Positions 11,411-22,966 are shown, counted from the stretch's first letter. The stretch is 64,000 nt of DNA from Coraliomargarita sp. (GCA_965216325.1 OZ244160.1:1056001-1120000); one strand, 5' to 3'. The notes: generated by a model not told the origin, from the sequence alone. Made by a program: numbers and translations.

Positions 11411-12259
11411 TCAGTTGCTTGAATCTACAAGCTGAATGCCTCCGTCTACAAATTCGATGCTACGCTGTTTGTAAAGGGCACCAAGAGCTTGCTTAAAGGC
11501 TTTCTTTGAGCAGTCGAACGCGTCGCGAATCGACTCCGGGCTGCTACGATCATTGAAGGGCAATGAGCCGCCTGCATCGTTGAGTGCCTTTAGGATTTGA
11601 TCGGTCAGCGGTCCTACCCGGTCATAACCGGATGGGTCACGGCGCAGGTCGATTTTGCCTCCGGCACGAACTTTCTTGATGTAACCGGTAAATTGATCGC
11701 CTGGTTCCAGTTTGTCTGAGGTTTCCGAGTAGAAGAGAAGGCCGCGGTGCTTGCGATCAACGATCGCCTTATAGCCCAAGGGCGACTCAGCATAGACCAG
11801 CACATCGACCGGTTGGTTCGGCTTGTAGTCCGGTTTGGTTTCGCTCAGGTGTCGATGCAGACGCGTCGATGCAACGATTCGATCGGTATATTCATCCAAG
11901 TAGACGGCAACAATCACACCATCACCTTTGCGTAAGTGCAGGTCACCTTGCTCGCGATAGGGAAGTAAAAGGTCTTTGCTGAGCCCCCAGTCCAGAAAGG
12001 CGCCGACGTTAGCTTTTACATCCAGCACTTCGAGATAGGCGAACTCACCAACCTGTGCGAAGGGTTTTTCGGTGGTCGCGACTAATCGGTCTTCGGAGTC
12101 GTTGTAGAGAAAGACCTCGATCTCTTCGCCAATTGCCATTTCCGACGTGACATAGCGGTTCGGGAGGAGAATATTGTCACGACCTTCACCATCTAAATAC
12201 AGGCCGTGCTCCGACTCTTCAACTATTCGTAGTCGATTGAATTTACCGATCTCAGCCAT
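11411..12259 (-). CDS. cvfB: CvfB/YitL S1-domain RNA-binding protein
   Basis: [43 protein letters not shown]. Confidence 0.88.
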   Translation of the reverse strand: MAEIGKFNRLRIVEESEHGLYLDGEGRDNILLPNRYVTSEMAIGEEIEVFLYNDSEDRLVATTEKPFAQVGEFAYLEVLDVKANVGAFLDWGLSKDLLLPYREQGDLHLRKGDGVIVAVYLDEYTDRIVASTRLHRHLSETKPDYKPNQPVDVLVYAESPLGYKAIVDRKHRGLLFYSETSDKLEPGDQFTGYIKKVRAGGKIDLRRDPSGYDRVGPLTDQILKALNDAGGSLPFNDRSSPESIRDAFDCSKKAFKQALGALYKQRSIEFVDGGIQLVDSSN

Positions 12260-12262
12260 CTG

Positions 12263-12616
12263 TTATTTAAAGGAGTAGGGCTGTTCGGGCAGATCTTCGT
12301 TGATGCCGACGCGATCCTTCACGATCGGAATGGTCATTAACACTGTAGCCTTATCGTCAGCCTTTCCGGTATAGGTTACCAAGCCGAGCCAAGGACTCTT
12401 TTTTTCAGTAAAGCGGTAGCCCTTGTTCTCAAGGTCTTTGCCGAGTGCATGGATCTTGGTTTGGCTCATGCCGCTGCCCGCAAACTCAAGAATCACGTGG
12501 CCATGCTCACCCTTGAGCTCATCGTGAGTGCACTCCACGTCGGGCGTATGCTTCTGAACGGTGACCAGCACTTTGGCGGCTTTCTCAAGACTGTGGCGTA
12601 AGCTTCTCGGTTTCAT
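12263..12616 (-). CDS. Hypothetical protein
   Basis: 117-aa ORF immediately upstream of cvfB on the same strand. Confidence 0.7.
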   Translation of the reverse strand: MKPRSLRHSLEKAAKVLVTVQKHTPDVECTHDELKGEHGHVILEFAGSGMSQTKIHALGKDLENKGYRFTEKKSPWLGLVTYTGKADDKATVLMTIPIVKDRVGINEDLPEQPYSFK

Positions 12617-12664
12617 CGTGAACTAATATGTGCGCTCTTGTTGCTTTTACAAGTCTGGTCGAGA

Positions 12665-12729
12665 GTAGAAGCGGCATCTTGCCGCTTTCAATCAGGTCTG
12701 CAATAAAGCGACTGGAAGCGCGCTCCTAC
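12665..12729. repeat. Inverted pair of GTAG-type REP hairpins
   Basis: GTAGAAGCGGCATCTTGCCGCTTT ... AAAGCGACTGGAAGCGCGCTCCTAC. Confidence 0.7.
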
Positions 12730-12730
12730 T

Positions 12731-13489
12731 TTACTGGGTCAACGCCGCCTCGATCGCTGCGTTCTGAAGTTCGTTGAGTTCAAGGATGCCCGTTGCGCCT
12801 AGCGCGAGGAGTTCGTCGAGTTGTTCGCGATCGAAAGTCGCTTCCTCGCCGGAACTTTGCACTTCAACATATTTGCCAGCGCCGGTCATGACTAGGTTCG
12901 CATCAACCGTCGCATCCTTGTCTTCGATGTAGTTGAGGTCGAGCACGGAGACATCCTGATAGACCCCGACCGAGATTGCGGCTACTGAGTCGTTAAATGG
13001 ATTCTCTTCGAGCTCACCCGCTGCGATCAATTTGCGCACGGCAATCTGTGCCGCAACGTAGGCGCCCGTGATCGATGCGGTGCGCGTCCCGCCATCAGCT
13101 TGGAGCACATCGCAATCGATCCAAATGGTCTTGCCGGGCAGTTTCTTCAGATCGAACACCGCACGCAGTGATCGACCGATGAGGCGCTGAATCTCGATCG
13201 TTCGACCGTCGGCTTTGCCTCGGGAAATGTCGCGTTGTTTGCGGTCCAGCGTGCTGTAAGGAAGCATCGAATACTCGGCTGTCATCCAGCCGCCCTCGAC
13301 ACCTTGCGCACGCATCCAACCCGGCACACGCTTATCAATCGAGGCCGCACAAATCACACGGGTATTGCCAAAGCTCACCAGCACCGATCCCAGAGCGTGT
13401 GGAGCAATGCCAGTCTCAAATTTGACCGGACGGAGTTGATCTACCGCACGTCCATCCGGGCGGGTGAAAACAGTTTGTTCTTCAGACAT
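12731..13489 (-). CDS. rph: Ribonuclease PH
   Basis: RPDGR, TAEYSMLP, EIQRLIGRSLR, DCDVLQADGGTRTASITG. Confidence 0.97.
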   Translation of the reverse strand: MSEEQTVFTRPDGRAVDQLRPVKFETGIAPHALGSVLVSFGNTRVICAASIDKRVPGWMRAQGVEGGWMTAEYSMLPYSTLDRKQRDISRGKADGRTIEIQRLIGRSLRAVFDLKKLPGKTIWIDCDVLQADGGTRTASITGAYVAAQIAVRKLIAAGELEENPFNDSVAAISVGVYQDVSVLDLNYIEDKDATVDANLVMTGAGKYVEVQSSGEEATFDREQLDELLALGATGILELNELQNAAIEAALTQ

Positions 13490-13498
13490 TGTGTAAGG

Positions 13499-13526
13499 GA
13501 TACGAGATGCGTGATACAGGACGCGA
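13499..13526. repeat. Degenerate heptamer tandem repeat
   Basis: GATACGA GATGCGT GATACAG GACGCGA. Confidence 0.5.
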
Positions 13527-13551
13527 GTGTTTAATGGATAGGATAGAGACG

Positions 13552-13581
13552 AACCGTTAATTTACGTGAATTAATGTTAAT
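13552..13581 (+). repeat. Left 30-bp inverted repeat
   Basis: AACCGTTAATTTACGTGAATTAATGTTAAT, 29/30 identical to the reverse complement of 13962-13991. Confidence 0.9.
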
Positions 13582-13942
13582 GCTTAGTCTCGGAGCTGTG
13601 CTGTTCTGGCTTTAAAGTTCTGATGCCAGCGATCAGAGTAAAGAAACCTCCGAAGGCTAAAAACAAAGAAGTGATGTGCAGCGATTGCCACCCTTCTTTT
13701 GCCAAATGGGAGAGTCCGTTCGCTTCCCGCATTTCGTCAACCAGCATAGTTTCCATGTTCTTCTCAAGCAGTATTGCTGGATATTTCGCTCTGACCCGTT
13801 CCTCTGCCTTACTTTTTGCACATATTGTGTATGAGCTTATATTTTCAGCTACGCGAATTGGAGCGAACAGAGCATAGTAAGCTCCAACTGACATCTGGAT
13901 AACACCAATTATTATAATGCTGATTGCAGATTTCATCATCAT
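13577..13942 (-). CDS. Hypothetical membrane protein (2 TM), AT-rich
   Basis: 121-aa ORF with N- and C-terminal hydrophobic helices between the inverted repeats. Confidence 0.65.
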   Translation of the reverse strand: MMMKSAISIIIIGVIQMSVGAYYALFAPIRVAENISSYTICAKSKAEERVRAKYPAILLEKNMETMLVDEMREANGLSHLAKEGWQSLHITSLFLAFGGFFTLIAGIRTLKPEQHSSETKH

Positions 13943-13961
13943 TTAGATAGAAGTCCGTTTA

Positions 13962-13991
13962 ATTAACGTTAATTCACGTAAATTAACGGTT
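13962..13991 (-). repeat. Right 30-bp inverted repeat
   Basis: ATTAACGTTAATTCACGTAAATTAACGGTT. Confidence 0.9.
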
Positions 13992-14006
13992 TAAAGCATT
14001 CGAGTC

Positions 14007-15176
14007 CTAGTCCTCTTGATCCGCAACCAGGGCTGGTAAATACTTTTCTCGGGCTAATCGCCAGAAAACGAGGAAGAAGGCTGTGAGCGGGATTGCCAAC
14101 ACCATGCCGAGGATACCGCCGAGCGCAGTGCCCCAGAAGAAGATCGAGAATATCAATAGCATTGGCCCCATGCCTGTTTTATCGCCCATCACGCGCGGGG
14201 TGAAAACGTAATCCGTTAGTAACTGGCCGATAACGAAGACGATCGCACATAATCCGATCAAAGTCATGCCACCACCTTCCTGAAAGTAGGCCATTGGCAG
14301 CACTGTCATAATACCGATCATGGTGCCGAGGTAGGGGATGATATTCAGCAGTCCGAGGAAGAGGCCGAGAAGGATACCGAACTTAAGGCCAACCAGGCCG
14401 AAGCCAACGGCAAGCACGATGCCGAGCAGCAAGCCGATGATGATCTGACCACGAAAAAAGGCGATGAGGATGTCGCTGAATTGGCGAGCAAGGAAGACCA
14501 GATCCTCACGACGATCTTCAGGCAGGAAGCCGAGTTGCTTCTCGATGTCGCCCCAGACATTGCGGTCGCCATTTAGAATGAAAAATAGGTAAATAGGCAC
14601 GACCGCGTAGGCAGCCACTTTACTAAAAATACTACCGAAGAAGCCTCCAAGTGTGCCGAGTGAGGTCTGTAGCTTGAAGAGTGCTGCTTTGATCGCGCTG
14701 GTGTTTTCACCGACAAGGTCTTGCAGGTAGATATCAGGATCCTGCCCCAACTTCTCACCCAACCAGGCCCACGCCTCCGGTGCTTTCGATTTAAGAACGC
14801 CAAGGATGTTTTGCTGTAACTCTGGCAGGTGGCGAATTAGGGCGGTAACTTGCTCCAGAACGAAGGGTACGCAGTAGGCCGCAAAGGCCGCCAGGACCAT
14901 AATTACCAAAAAATAGAGTAAAATGATGCCTTGGAGGCTACTCAAACGCGTGCGGGTCTCGACGAACGCCACGATTGGACGCAACAGGGTGGCCATGATC
15001 GCTGCGATTGCGACGGGGAGCAGCACGTCTTGAAAGGTGGTGACAAAGTTACGCAGCAACACGAAGGTGTAAAACGCCGTAACCAGCAGTATCACTGTCG
15101 CCAGAGCCGTCAGTCCTGCGGCAACCATGCGTTTTTGAGTCGGCGAAAGGAACGAAGAGGGCGATTCAGAACTCAT
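14007..15176 (-). CDS. AI-2E family transporter
   Basis: [40 protein letters not shown]. Confidence 0.9.
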   Translation of the reverse strand: MSSESPSSFLSPTQKRMVAAGLTALATVILLVTAFYTFVLLRNFVTTFQDVLLPVAIAAIMATLLRPIVAFVETRTRLSSLQGIILLYFLVIMVLAAFAAYCVPFVLEQVTALIRHLPELQQNILGVLKSKAPEAWAWLGEKLGQDPDIYLQDLVGENTSAIKAALFKLQTSLGTLGGFFGSIFSKVAAYAVVPIYLFFILNGDRNVWGDIEKQLGFLPEDRREDLVFLARQFSDILIAFFRGQIIIGLLLGIVLAVGFGLVGLKFGILLGLFLGLLNIIPYLGTMIGIMTVLPMAYFQEGGGMTLIGLCAIVFVIGQLLTDYVFTPRVMGDKTGMGPMLLIFSIFFWGTALGGILGMVLAIPLTAFFLVFWRLAREKYLPALVADQED

Positions 15177-15419
15177 GCGGGAGAGCCTGAGACATTTTTC
15201 CTAACGATACCAGAACGAATCTTGCCTGATTTGATTCGGTTCCGAGCAGTCGCAAGTGGCTGAAAGTTGGGTATTTTAGGCTTGCAGAGGTGGCCCTTGG
15301 ACCTACTTTCACGCGCTCCTCTGCGGTGGTAGGCACCATCGCGCCGGGCTTCGGCCCATTTCAACAAAAACATCCAACCAAGCCGTTGTTCCTCACGGAA
15401 CCCGGCACATTACAGTAAA

Positions 15420-17078
<1,659 letters not shown>

Positions 17079-17101
17079 GCCCAATCTTACAGCAATTCAA
17101 C

Positions 17102-17134
17102 AAAGGCCTCCGATGAAAGTCGGGGGCCTTTTTT
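17102..17134 (+). terminator. rpsA intrinsic terminator
   Basis: AAAGGCCTCCGA-loop-TCGGGGGCCTTTTTT. Confidence 0.85.
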
Positions 17135-17171
17135 CGTAATCATGATCCTACTCGTAATTGTAATCTCTACA

Positions 17172-17249
17172 GTAGGGGCTTCGCTTGCGAAGCCCGCCGA
17201 TAGAAAAGCGATTCAACAGGAGCGCGGGCTCCGCAAGCAGAGCTCCTAC
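17172..17249. repeat. Inverted pair of GTAG-type REP hairpins
   Basis: GTAGGGGCTTCGCTTGCGAAGCCCGC ... GCGGGCTCCGCAAGCAGAGCTCCTAC. Confidence 0.8.
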
Positions 17250-17305
17250 GTCATGGATTCAAGTGTAGAGCAAGTGTGAATACGCTGTCTAACTTCACGA
17301 TCTAT

Positions 17306-18055
17306 CTACTTGTTCAACTCAGCTCGACAGAAGGTCCAAGTTGCACGAACGCCATAGTCCGTCGTAAAGGCCGCTTCATACTCACGCAGCAGGCGACGCA
17401 ATGTTCCAATTGAGGTGCCTCGTGACACATTACAACCAGTGCCATGAAGCGACTTCCAAAACTCCAGCGTACTTGGATAGTGGTAGCGATGGCTTAGTGT
17501 TTCCATACGCTCAAGCTTTAAGCCGGCAACATCCATCGCCTCCTGCCATTCAGCAGAACTTCGCCAATTGACGGGACTCTTGCCATCTAAAACGTGATCC
17601 AACTCAGGCAAAGAAGGAGCGACGAAAAAACCGAGTAGCATATGGCCACTGGACTCAAGTCGCTCAGACCAGTTTTTCAAAGCCGTAGCAGGAGAAGGCG
17701 CCCACTGCAGCAGGCTACAACTGGTCAGGAAATCATATTGACGCTCGCGCCAACCTGATTGCTCCCATGCATCCAGCACTCTATAATTTGCAGTCGGTAA
17801 TCGCTCGCGACATTGCTGTAACATCTCGGGTGAAATGTCTGTGCAGTCGAGATGTTGAAATCGGTCCGCTAGATGCTGACTGAACAAGCCTGTGCCTGCG
17901 CCCAACTCGAGGCAGCTCCCGTTTGAACCGTCCTGCGGAAGCCACTCCGCGAGCCAACGAGCTGCATCGGCTTGCACGGAAGCATGCAAATCGTAGCTAC
18001 CAGCTTTACGTGCAAAAGCTGGCGACTCCTTCGGCATGCTGGCGCCCGTGATCAT
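17306..18055 (-). CDS. bioC: Malonyl-ACP O-methyltransferase
   Basis: F..KAGSYDLHASVQ, LELGAGTG SAM motif, last gene of the bio operon. Confidence 0.85.
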   Translation of the reverse strand: MITGASMPKESPAFARKAGSYDLHASVQADAARWLAEWLPQDGSNGSCLELGAGTGLFSQHLADRFQHLDCTDISPEMLQQCRERLPTANYRVLDAWEQSGWRERQYDFLTSCSLLQWAPSPATALKNWSERLESSGHMLLGFFVAPSLPELDHVLDGKSPVNWRSSAEWQEAMDVAGLKLERMETLSHRYHYPSTLEFWKSLHGTGCNVSRGTSIGTLRRLLREYEAAFTTDYGVRATWTFCRAELNK

Positions 18056-18657
18056 TGTAATTCGGCGACCAAAGGGAGTAGGTCGTTGTAATCGTGTCCG
18101 TGTGTGACGCTTGTGTGGTCGGGAAATGAATTACGTAGTGCGCCTGCATCCATCAGACTGTCAGCCTCACCGATCACTGCATGGACCCGTTGGAATGCTT
18201 TCTCTGGTGCACTCTGTGTGGCAAGCATCTCCAGTCCCCAGACTAGCGAATCTACAGAGTAGGGCAAGGTGTCGACCGACTCGTTGCTGAGCCCCGCAAG
18301 ACGATAGAATAACTTCAGTGTGGCTTCGGGCTTGCACTCCAGCTTGCTCTGTAGGCTTTGTAGGACTTTTTGGGGAGTCACCCCACCCATTTCGGCTTCT
18401 TTGCAGAATGCCGGAATCGGTGCCAAGCAAGTGAGCTTGCATGTGCTGTCGATTTGCTCGAAGGCATTCATGAGCAATAAGCTGCCGAGTGAGTAACCGC
18501 CTAGGTGGGTTGCACCTGAAGACAGCACTGCATCGACCGCGCCTGGTTCCGGTGCAAATACTTGATGCGTGGCATCGGGGAGTGCACGCTCGGCTGCAGC
18601 TTTGAAACGCTCCGGCTGGATGCCCCAGCCACTGATCCATGCCCATGTATCAGACAT
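18052..18657 (-). CDS. Alpha/beta hydrolase, probable pimeloyl-ACP methyl ester esterase (BioH/BioG-like)
   Basis: ISGWG oxyanion motif, GYSLG nucleophile elbow, C-terminal GH; lies between bioF and bioC; start at ATG 18657. Confidence 0.7.
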   Translation of the reverse strand: MSDTWAWISGWGIQPERFKAAAERALPDATHQVFAPEPGAVDAVLSSGATHLGGYSLGSLLLMNAFEQIDSTCKLTCLAPIPAFCKEAEMGGVTPQKVLQSLQSKLECKPEATLKLFYRLAGLSNESVDTLPYSVDSLVWGLEMLATQSAPEKAFQRVHAVIGEADSLMDAGALRNSFPDHTSVTHGHDYNDLLPLVAELQ

Positions 18658-19786
18658 GCGTTTCCTGCCTCTCTTTGAATTTATTGATGATTGGCAGGAC
18701 CATCGACTCAAATGCTTCAATCGATAAGTTACGGTTGATCGAAATGCGGAGGCGGGCAGTGCCTTCAGGAACACTCGGCGGGCGAATCACGCCGACTCGA
18801 ATGCCCGCTTCATTGAAACGCTGACCGAGCTCAATAACTGAAGCATTCTCTCCGACAATATACGGAATGATCGGGGAGTCGTAAGGATGATCGAGGCCAA
18901 GTAGGCGTCGGACATCTGAGGCAAGTTTGAGCCACTTAGATTGCTGCTGCAAGAGCTCACCCTTAACGAGTTCCACAGCCTGCAGGGATGCGGCAATACC
19001 GGCAGGCGCCGGATAGGTGGTATACATGAACTCTTTCGAGAAATTGAGCAGATACTCGCGGATGTTCGGATCGCGGAAGAGACTGATCGCTCCTTGGCTC
19101 ACGAAGGCTTTACCCAGAGTGGTTACCAGAGCATCGACTGCGTCGGCGACGCCAGCCTGAGCACAGAGACCTTTGCCGTACCAACCGATTGCGTGGGCTT
19201 CATCAACGATCCAGAAGAAATCGTATTTGTTCTTTAGCTCGGCAATGGCTTTCAGGTCCGGCCAATCGCCATCCATACTGAAAAGACTTTCGGTCAGAAC
19301 AAAGATGTTACGATCGGCATTAGCCGCCAACAGCTTCTCTAAATGCTCGGTGTCGTTGTGATTGTAGCGAAACATGCGAGCACCGCTTTGCAATACACCG
19401 GCAAGGGCACTGACATGCATGAATCTGTCTGCAAGAACGAGGTCTCCTTTTCTCGGCAACAGTGAAAGTAGATTGTGATTCGCCGAATAGCCGGAGTTCC
19501 AGACCAGACACGAAGGATATTCGAGCCACGATTTAAAGCTCTCTTCGAGTTGCTGATGAATGGGCAGGTAGCCGTTGACGACCGGTGAGCCAGAGGTCGA
19601 CGAGCCATAGCGCGCCAAAGCCTCAGTCGCAGCTTCGATCACTTTTGGGTGATGCGCTAGGTCGAGATAATCATTGGTTGCAAGATTGAGCGTGTAATCT
19701 TGCGAACATTTAAGGCTGCGAATGCTGGCCTCGTTTCGCTTTTGCTCAAGCCCTTCAGCAACTCTGTCAGATAGCCACTGGTTCAT
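18650..19786 (-). CDS. bioF: 8-amino-7-oxononanoate synthase
   Basis: TNDYLDL, SGYSAN, ESLFSMDGD, VDEAH, TLGKA, IRPPSVP. Confidence 0.95.
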   Translation of the reverse strand: MNQWLSDRVAEGLEQKRNEASIRSLKCSQDYTLNLATNDYLDLAHHPKVIEAATEALARYGSSTSGSPVVNGYLPIHQQLEESFKSWLEYPSCLVWNSGYSANHNLLSLLPRKGDLVLADRFMHVSALAGVLQSGARMFRYNHNDTEHLEKLLAANADRNIFVLTESLFSMDGDWPDLKAIAELKNKYDFFWIVDEAHAIGWYGKGLCAQAGVADAVDALVTTLGKAFVSQGAISLFRDPNIREYLLNFSKEFMYTTYPAPAGIAASLQAVELVKGELLQQQSKWLKLASDVRRLLGLDHPYDSPIIPYIVGENASVIELGQRFNEAGIRVGVIRPPSVPEGTARLRISINRNLSIEAFESMVLPIINKFKERQETHV

Positions 19787-20426
19787 AAAAAGGAGCCAAG
19801 TTAGAGATATCGACTGCGTTGTGCTTAACGTGTCCCCAGATCGGGATGCCCAAGTTGGTTAGGGTCTCATAGTTTGTGGCAGTCACGGCAGGGTCTTCAT
19901 CGACCGTAACATCATTGAAAATAATTCCAGCAGGAATCGACTTCGGCGCATAACTATAGGTCAGCCGCGTTTGGTTCATCGAGCCCATACGGTTTTGGAT
20001 GACGATCACCATGAAGTCCACGTCGAGTTCACGAGCGAGATCGGCATAGTCCTTACCGGAATGCTCAAGTGGGACGGCGATACCGCCTGCGCCTTCAATC
20101 AGTTGGACGTCTGCTGCTTCAGGTAGCGCTTGAAGAGCATTGAGCACCTTCGAAAAACTCAACTCATCGCCTTCAGCTTCGGCTGCTTGAACCGGAGCCA
20201 AAGGGGCTTCGTAGCTAAACAAGGTTCTGGCAGAGGCAAGCTGCGCATCGGCAACTTGAGATAAGGCCCAGTCGGCATCACCGGACTCACCCTGTGGCAC
20301 TCCGGACTGAACGGCTTTAACTATTTCAACGGATTTGCCCAGTCCAGTCAGAGCGCGGGCGAGGGCTCCAGTAACTCTGGTTTTGCCGACCTCCGTATCA
20401 TGAGCGGTAATGAGAATTTTGATCAT
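19767..20426 (-). CDS. bioD: Dethiobiotin synthase
   Basis: DTEVGKT, K.VQSG, IEGAGG. Confidence 0.93.
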   Translation of the reverse strand: MIKILITAHDTEVGKTRVTGALARALTGLGKSVEIVKAVQSGVPQGESGDADWALSQVADAQLASARTLFSYEAPLAPVQAAEAEGDELSFSKVLNALQALPEAADVQLIEGAGGIAVPLEHSGKDYADLARELDVDFMVIVIQNRMGSMNQTRLTYSYAPKSIPAGIIFNDVTVDEDPAVTATNYETLTNLGIPIWGHVKHNAVDISNLAPFYEPVAI

Positions 20427-21379
20427 GCGATTGCCTCCTGACGCTGTGGCTTAACGGTCATCCCCAATTCTTGGATGACTTCTTTAACGGATTCGACCGA
20501 GGCGGTTTCTGTTTGAAGAATCTTCTTCCCGACATACACCCCGTTGGCACCAGCCTTGAAACACAGTGTTTTCATTTCCTTCGACATCAACGGAACTCCG
20601 GCAGCAAGCGAGATGATGGAATCCGGCATCAAGAGCCGCGCAACCGCAAGGACTCGTGCATACTCAAAGGCGTCAATAAATGGCAGTCCCTCCAGAGGCG
20701 TGCCGTCGACAGCAACGAATGCGTTCAGCGGAACGATGTCCGGATGCTCTTCTAGATTCGCAAGCTCTTGCAGCAGGCGCATGCGATCCGCTACAGATTC
20801 TCCCATGCCGATAATGCCGCCGCAGGAAAGTCCCAAGCCAGCAGCTTGAATATTCTTAACGCACTCCGCGCGCTCTGAATACGGACGGGTGGTAATCACC
20901 TTGGGATAATACTCGGGTGAGGTGTCGAGGTTGTGATTATAGTGGCTGGCTCCGGCTTCTTTGAGCTGCACTGCTTGCTCATAGCTAACCGTCCCCATGC
21001 TGCAACAGGCTTGGAGCCCAACCGATTGGACCGCACGAATGATCTCGATGATGCGATCGAAATCGCGACCTTGGGGCACGCGTCGCCATGCACAGCCGAG
21101 ACAAAATTCAATCGCACCTTCGTCGTAGGCTTGTTGCGCGACCGGGAGCACTTGCTCGACGTCGAGAATGGCTTCGCGGCTGACAAAGGTTTGGTGGTGT
21201 GCGGACTGGGGGCAAAAGGCACAGTCTTCGGGACACGCGCCGGTTTTAACCGAAAGCGCTGCATTGAACTGAACGCTGTTCCACGCCGGTCGTGAACGCC
21301 TTTCCTCAGCGATCCGATCCATGAGTTCTTGGAAGGGGAGATCGAATAGCTCCTTAATAGTATCTAGCGAGTATCTCAT
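20423..21379 (-). CDS. bioB: Biotin synthase (radical SAM)
   Basis: KTGACPEDCAFCPQS, YNHNLDT, GGIIGMGES. Confidence 0.92.
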   Translation of the reverse strand: MRYSLDTIKELFDLPFQELMDRIAEERRSRPAWNSVQFNAALSVKTGACPEDCAFCPQSAHHQTFVSREAILDVEQVLPVAQQAYDEGAIEFCLGCAWRRVPQGRDFDRIIEIIRAVQSVGLQACCSMGTVSYEQAVQLKEAGASHYNHNLDTSPEYYPKVITTRPYSERAECVKNIQAAGLGLSCGGIIGMGESVADRMRLLQELANLEEHPDIVPLNAFVAVDGTPLEGLPFIDAFEYARVLAVARLLMPDSIISLAAGVPLMSKEMKTLCFKAGANGVYVGKKILQTETASVESVKEVIQELGMTVKPQRQEAIA

Positions 21380-21382
21380 GGC

Positions 21383-22741
21383 TTAAGCATTCTTAACAAC
21401 CGCGCTGATCGAGGCTGCTGTTTGTTTGCACAGTAAATCCATTTCTTCTTCGTTCATGATCAGTGATGGAATCATATAAATGGTGTTGCCGATAGGGCGT
21501 AGCAGTAGCCCGTTCTTCAGCGCATCGAGGTAGAACTTGAAACCAATTTGCTCTTCGACAGCGAAGTCGGGTTTGCCGACGCCACGCGAGATATCCAGCC
21601 CGCAAGCAAGGCCCCGTTGGCGAATTTCCGAGATGTAGGGATGCCCTTCAAGGTGCTGGAGAATCTTCTGCTCAAAGATCTTGATGCGGCGATCAATGGC
21701 TCCTGAAGCAATCATACCCTCAAGCTTTTCAATGCTCTTCACGCTGACGGCAGTGCAGAGCGCATTGGCAGCAAAAGTATGGCCGTGGAAAAAGGTTTTC
21801 ATCTCGGCAAAATCACCAAGAAAGGCCTGATACATTTTCTCGGTGGTCACAGTCGCTGCGAAGGGCAGGTAACCGCCATTCAGTCCCTTCGACAGGCATA
21901 GGAAATCGGGGCAGACATCCTCAGCACCGCAAACAAACATCGGGCCCATGCGCCCAAAGCCGACGAAGATCTCATCCAAAATCAAATGAACTTCGTATTC
22001 ATCACAAAGCGCACGCACCTTCTTCAGATAACCTTTCGGGTGAAGCTTTAAGCCGCCCGGACCAAGAATCCACGGTTCCATGGTCAAGAGGGCGATGTGC
22101 TCACTCCGTTCCTGAAGCAGCTGGGTCAGTGCTTGAATGGACTCCGAGTCATCTTGAAACGATACCTTGCCCGCATACTCCTGGCAAATAGGCGCAGGAA
22201 TCACATGCTTATCAAACATCCACTTGCTAAAGCGATTGTGGAAACCACCTGCGTCGCCAACCGACATGGAGCCAATGGTGTCGCCATGATAGCCATTACG
22301 AATCGCGATTACCTCACGCTTCGTTTCCCGACCAGTCATTTGCCAGTATTGAAAGGATAGCTTAACTGCGGTTTCGATCGCACAGGATCCATTGTCGGTG
22401 AAGAAGGAGCGTGTGAGACCTTCCGGTGTCAGGCGTGCGAGCTGTTCGCAGAGTTTTGCGGCCGTCGGATGGCCCAAGCCCTTGTAGCTCACATGCGCCA
22501 TTTGGTTCATCTGCTCGACGAGTGCGGCATTCAAATCCGGATCATTATGCCCGTGAACCTTGGACCAATTGGAGGCGTTGCCATCCAGATAGCGTTTGCC
22601 TTCAGTATCCGAAATCCAGCAGCCCTGAGCGCTTTGCAGCTGGGTTATTGGAAAGTCCACATAGTCCTTCATCGGAGTGAAGGGATGCCAGGAATGCTCC
22701 TTGTCCCACTGATCGATTTGCACTTTAGAATCTACGGCCAT
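21383..22741 (-). CDS. bioA: DAPA aminotransferase
   Basis: WHPFT, NGYHGDT, DEIFVGFGR, LSKGLNGGYLP, HGHTF. Confidence 0.93.
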   Translation of the reverse strand: MAVDSKVQIDQWDKEHSWHPFTPMKDYVDFPITQLQSAQGCWISDTEGKRYLDGNASNWSKVHGHNDPDLNAALVEQMNQMAHVSYKGLGHPTAAKLCEQLARLTPEGLTRSFFTDNGSCAIETAVKLSFQYWQMTGRETKREVIAIRNGYHGDTIGSMSVGDAGGFHNRFSKWMFDKHVIPAPICQEYAGKVSFQDDSESIQALTQLLQERSEHIALLTMEPWILGPGGLKLHPKGYLKKVRALCDEYEVHLILDEIFVGFGRMGPMFVCGAEDVCPDFLCLSKGLNGGYLPFAATVTTEKMYQAFLGDFAEMKTFFHGHTFAANALCTAVSVKSIEKLEGMIASGAIDRRIKIFEQKILQHLEGHPYISEIRQRGLACGLDISRGVGKPDFAVEEQIGFKFYLDALKNGLLLRPIGNTIYMIPSLIMNEEEMDLLCKQTAASISAVVKNA

Positions 22742-22765
22742 GCAGACAGCTGTAGAAATCTTTAT

Positions 22766-22794
22766 TGTTAAGGCAATCTTATATTAAGTTAACA
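22766..22794. promoter_or_regulatory. BirA-type biotin operator
   Basis: TGTTAAG-N15-GTTAACA 25 bp upstream of bioA, resembling the TGTaAAC-N14/16-GTTtACA BirA box. Confidence 0.6.
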
Positions 22795-22804
22795 CGGATT
22801 GAGC

Positions 22805-22966
22805 TTAACAATCCTGCTCCTGGCAGCAGGAACCGCGGTCGATATAGCACTGCAAGCATACGTAGTTCCCGTCGATGCGCTCACTGGTGGGCGCTCCACA
22901 ATACTGGCAACCACCGATGACCTCTGTCACATGTTTGGAGGGCTGTTGCGGTTCTTTGTCTTTCAT
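22805..22966 (-). CDS. Small Cys-rich protein (53 aa; CxxC...CxxC...CC...C), not in the ORF track
   Basis: Hand translation MKDKEPQQPSKHVTEVIGGCQYCGAPTSERIDGNYVCLQCYIDRGSCCQEQDC*. Confidence 0.65.
   Translation of the reverse strand: MKDKEPQQPSKHVTEVIGGCQYCGAPTSERIDGNYVCLQCYIDRGSCCQEQDC

Noticed and set aside
13552..13991. Inverted repeats as pdif/XerCD sites
   Set aside because: Only partial similarity to a XerD arm and no XerC arm, unlike the 27281 site
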